A stretch of DNA of 64,000 nucleotides from Marsupella aquatica. Lineage: Eukaryota > Plantae > Marchantiophyta. The position numbers and the translations under genes were made by a program. The notes under the pieces are model-generated. The model saw nothing but the letters and a program-made list of their open reading frames with translations, ran no database searches and was not told the DNA's origin. Below are positions 60,101 to 64,000 of this stretch, piece after piece (within the stretch, counting starts at the first letter, position 1; each line of letters begins with the position of its first letter). The stretch covers positions 11,244,858 to 11,308,857 of the forward strand of contig OZ316895.1 of NCBI GenBank assembly GCA_973895155.1, given 5' to 3'.

Positions 60101-63100
60101 GAATTTGTATGTGTTACAGGGCAATACTATATGTGGAGAGGCCAATGTAACCAAGTCTCACGAGGAGATGACTCAACTGTGGCATTCACGGCTAGGCCAC
60201 ATGAGTGAGAAGGGTTTGGCTATCTTACGGAAGAATGGACTCATTTATGATTTGCAATCTTGTAAATTAGAGTTCTGTGAGCATTGCATTCTTGGAAAGC
60301 AGCATCGTCGTGCTTTTGGTGTTGGAACTCATCGTTCCAAAGCGGTTCTTGAGTACATACATAGTGACGTGTGGGGTCCATCCCCGACTCTCTCACACTC
60401 TGGAAAGTTGTACTATGTATCATTTATTGATGATTACTCAAGATTTGTGTGGATTTATTTCATGACGCATAAGTCTGATGTCTTGTCCATTTTTAAGAAG
60501 TGGAAGGCCCAGGTGGAGAATTAGACTGGAAACACGATCAAGTGTTTGGATACAAGGGTGAAGAGTCTGAGGTCAGACAACGGCGAGGAGTACACTTCAA
60601 TGGAATTTGAAGAGTACTGTTCAGAACAGGGGATAACTTGCCATCTCACCACAGTTTATACTCCGCAGTAGAATGGTGTCGCTGAGAGGCTCAATCGGAC
60701 ATTGTTGGAGCAGTCACGGAGTATGTTGAGCCAATCAGGTTTACCACAAGAATTTTGGGCAGAAGCTGTCAATACCGCAGCTTATTTGGTAAATCTTTCT
60801 CCTTCTAGTGCTATCAATTTCAAAACGCCATTTGAGATGCGCTATAAGCGACAAGCAGACTATCATGGCTTGGTAGTTTTTGGAAGTGATGCATATGCTT
60901 TCACACCGAAGCAAAATAGGACCAAGTTGGATCCTACCTCCAAGAAATGTGTTTTTCTTGGGTACCAGAGTGGTGTGAAAGCCTATAGGCTATGGGATCC
61001 TATTGCCTGTAAGCTCGTTGTCAGTAGGGATGTTTCCTTCAATGAATCCAGATTATTAAAGGAGGAGGAGAATACTCAAGTCTCCCGTACTGACAAAGGA
61101 AAATCTCCTATCCCGGATCTCGTTGAGGGGGAGATTGGTTATGAGGTGCATGACCGGAGAGAAGGAGTTGCTCCAATTATGGAGCTGGTTCTTGTGTCAG
61201 AGGAACCAGAGGAGTTTGTTGATGCTGGTGAGCAGCAAGTGGATGCTGTTGAGCTTCAAATTATACCAGCACACGCAGATCAACCGGAGTCATCGGCTAG
61301 AAGAGCATCTGGTCGCATTGTACGCGCTCCACCAAGGTATGGACAATGGGTTGATTCATCTCAACTGCAAGAGGATGATTTTGCAGCTGATGATGAGGGT
61401 GATGCGTTAATTTTGGAAGAAGGGGAACCTTCTTCATTTCATGAGGCAAGTGCTTCAAAGGAGAAGCAGAAGTGGACTGCAGCAATGCAAACGGAGATGC
61501 AATCACTAAAGGACAACAAAACATGGGAGCTTGTTAAGCTGCCTAAGGGTCAGCAAGTGGATTTACAAGCTGAAGGATAATTCCATAAGAGGTGGATCGA
61601 AGGTCTACAAGGCTAGGTTGGTAGCAAAGGGATTCACACAAGAGAAAGGTGTGGATTACAATGAGGTCTTCTCACCAATTGCTAAGTACTCTACAATACG
61701 ACTATTGTGTGTACTTGTTGTAATGTTTGGTCTGCTGCTAGATCAGATGGATGTTGTCACAGCTTTCCTCTATGGCACATTGGAAGAGGTGATCTTCATG
61801 AGACAACCGCTAGGTTTTGTGAAGAGAGGACAGGAGGAATTGGTTTGCAGATTGCTGAAATCCTTGTATGGGTTGAAGCAGTCACCAAGACAGTGGAACA
61901 AGCGGTTTGACGATTGGATTCGGTCACAAGGTTTTCACAGAAGTGTATTTGACCCTTGTGTGTATTTGAAATCGGTGAAGAATGTTGTCTTTGGGTTCAT
62001 TGTTTTAGTACTTTATGTGGATGATATGCTAATTGCAGCCAAGGATAGGTCTGAGATTGTTAAGCTCAAGGCACTGCTTAGTGCAGAGTTTAAGATGAAG
62101 GACTTAGGGCCAGCTAAGAGGATTTTGGGTATGGAGATCACTAGGGACTTGGAGGCTGGCAAGCTATGGTTGACGTAGAGCAGTTATGCGAGGAAGGTAA
62201 TTGCAAGGTTCAACATGGGGAATAGCAAGCCAGTAAGTACCCCGTTGGCTCCACACTTCAAGTTATCATCAGCGTTCTGTCCTACGAATACACAGAGAAG
62301 GGGTTGATGTCAAAGGTTCCGTATGACAAGGCAGTGGGGAGTCTCATGTATTTGATGACTTGCACTAGACCTGATCTTGCCATGGCTATGGGCAAGGTGA
62401 GCAGGTACATGTCGAATCCAGGGAAGGTACACTGGGAAGCAGTGAAGTGGATTATCAGGTACTTGAAGGGTACCGTGGATCATGGTCTTTTATTTGATGC
62501 GAATGCAAAGAATGCTAGATCATTGATTGGCTATGTAGATTCTGACTATGGACAAGATTTGGACCGAAGGAGATCAACAACAGGATACGTGTTCACACTT
62601 GGCGGTGGATGCATAAGTTGGAGGTCTACTTTGCAGAAGTGTATTGCTCAGTCTACTACAAAAGCGGAGTATGTTGCAGCTGCGGAAGCAGCAAAGGAAG
62701 TGATTTGGTTGGATAGACTTATCACTGAAATGGGATTGCCACAGGGGAATATGAAGCTCCATTGTGATAGTCAAAGTGCACTCCACCTTGCTGTGAACCA
62801 GGTGATGGACAGCAGAGTGAAGCACATTGACGTCAGGTACCATTTTATCAGGCAGGCTGTGTTTGATAATTTGTTTGAGCTAGTCAAGATTGATGGTAAA
62901 CTCAACCCGGCTGACGCATTTACCAAAGTGATTCCTTTGGAGAGTTTCTCTAGACACCGTGACGTATTGCAGGTTTTGCAATTGCATCACAAGTAGAGTT
63001 TTCTTAACATTCATTGTAATTACTGATATATGCTCTTGCTCATTCCTATGTATTAGGCTACGGCTTAGTTCTGATTTGCTCTAGTTAGAGAGGGAAACCG

Positions 63101-63589
63101 GTTTGGTTTTTGTCCAGAACTTCCCGCTGAGGGATCATATACATTGGCAGTATTACTCTCCCCTAGACCAGAGTCAAGGGGAAGATTGTTGGGTATTTAC
63201 TCTTACATCTAGGTTAGGTATGACGTGGTTGGTACAACAACGTGGGTTGGTACAACTACGTGGGTTGGTACAACTACGTGGTTAGATACAACTACGTGAT
63301 TAGGTACAACTATGTGGTTAGGTACAACTAAGTTGCACACTATATCATAAGAGGCATGTGTGCTTGGAGAGGTAGAACCAAGGCTCATTGTTATGGAGCC
63401 ACTTGAGAGATAGGGAGAGCTTACACTGTGGAGACTCGGTATAGCCGACGGGCTTAGAGTTCAATAAAGCTCTCTTGTGTGTTCCCGTGGACGTAGCCTC
63501 AAGGAGGTGAACCACGTATCTCTTGTGTCGACTATTATGCGTTAGATGGTTCATGGGCTTGCCGTTGCAATCGTCGTCTATGCTCAACA
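57145..63589 (+). mobile_element. Ty1/Copia LTR retrotransposon, decayed
   Basis: 403-bp LTRs at 57145-57547 and 63187-63589. TSD GTTTC. PBS TGGTATCAGAGC (tRNA-Met-i) at 57550. PPT AAGGGGAAGA. LTRs contain ~19-bp GGTACAACTACGTGGTT tandem repeats. Confidence 0.96.
58701..62996 (+). pseudogene. Copia gag-PR-INT-RT-RNaseH with several stops and frameshifts
   Basis: CWKCNQVGHFKRDC, WILDCACSFH, WHSRLGH..C..C, HSDVWGP, YKARLVAKGFTQ, LYGLKQSPRQW, LYVDDML, KHIDVRYHF. Stops at 59736, 60522, 60668 and 62176. Confidence 0.93.
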
Positions 63590-64000
63590 GTTTCGCGAGT
63601 TTTTATTTTACATGTCTTAGGCGAGATACACTGAGCATCGGACTAAGTCCCATGTTCAAGTTTGCAGGACCGTTACAGGATGTTTTGCAAATAAATGATG
63701 TTTTGGTGCAAGTTTATCTTGCACGTCTCTATTATACATTATGCAGTGCTCCTGCCCTTGATGGTAAGCCACAGTCAGCAATCACCAAACCGTGTGTCAA
63801 TTCATCGTGTAAATTCATCATTCAGAACTGTCATTTTACTCTAGGCAAACTTGTGAATGAACTTCAGTAAAAAGAACTTGTACTTAAGTTCCTTACTTGT
63901 TTGTGTAGAGAGCCGGACTTAAAATCTCACTTCAGTACTATTCTTTATCAAGCTTTTTTTGGATCCAAGCGAAAGGGTATGCTTTGAAGCCATAATGTGC

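Overview
Repeat-dense eukaryotic DNA, most likely from a non-seed land plant (inferred from the TE families, GT-AG introns and CG/CHG-type C>T decay). No ordinary host gene is recognisable. The window is a deeply nested transposon stack. (1) A Plavaka-like transposase pseudogene (53-56.4 kb) carries a 306-bp MITE and is followed by a decayed Ty1/Copia element (57145-63589, TSD GTTTC). (2) Two diverged copies of a Mutator-like element (about 8695-18052 and 38481-52986) each pair a GCM-like/DDE/SWIM transposase head-to-head with an intron-containing ParB-like gene. In copy 1 that gene ends in a prokaryote-type beta-class N4C/N6A DNA-methyltransferase domain. Each copy has its own TAGCG..CGCTA palindrome scattered through introns and spacers. 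This is the best candidate for an undescribed system. (3) An outer CACTA ends at 38480, and an inner 29.7-kb CACTA (6122-35810, TSD CTC) sits inside its TnpA gene. (4) A non-chromovirus Ty3/Gypsy family has a ~4.7-kb LTR that itself encodes a ~1210-aa coiled-coil protein. It occurs as two solo LTRs with TSDs and one full element (21445-31380) whose LTRs share a 2.8-kb deletion and which has a -1 frameshift signal between protease and RT. (5) A different 2-kb solo LTR contains an array of palindromes. All domain calls come from motif recognition by eye, not database searches.
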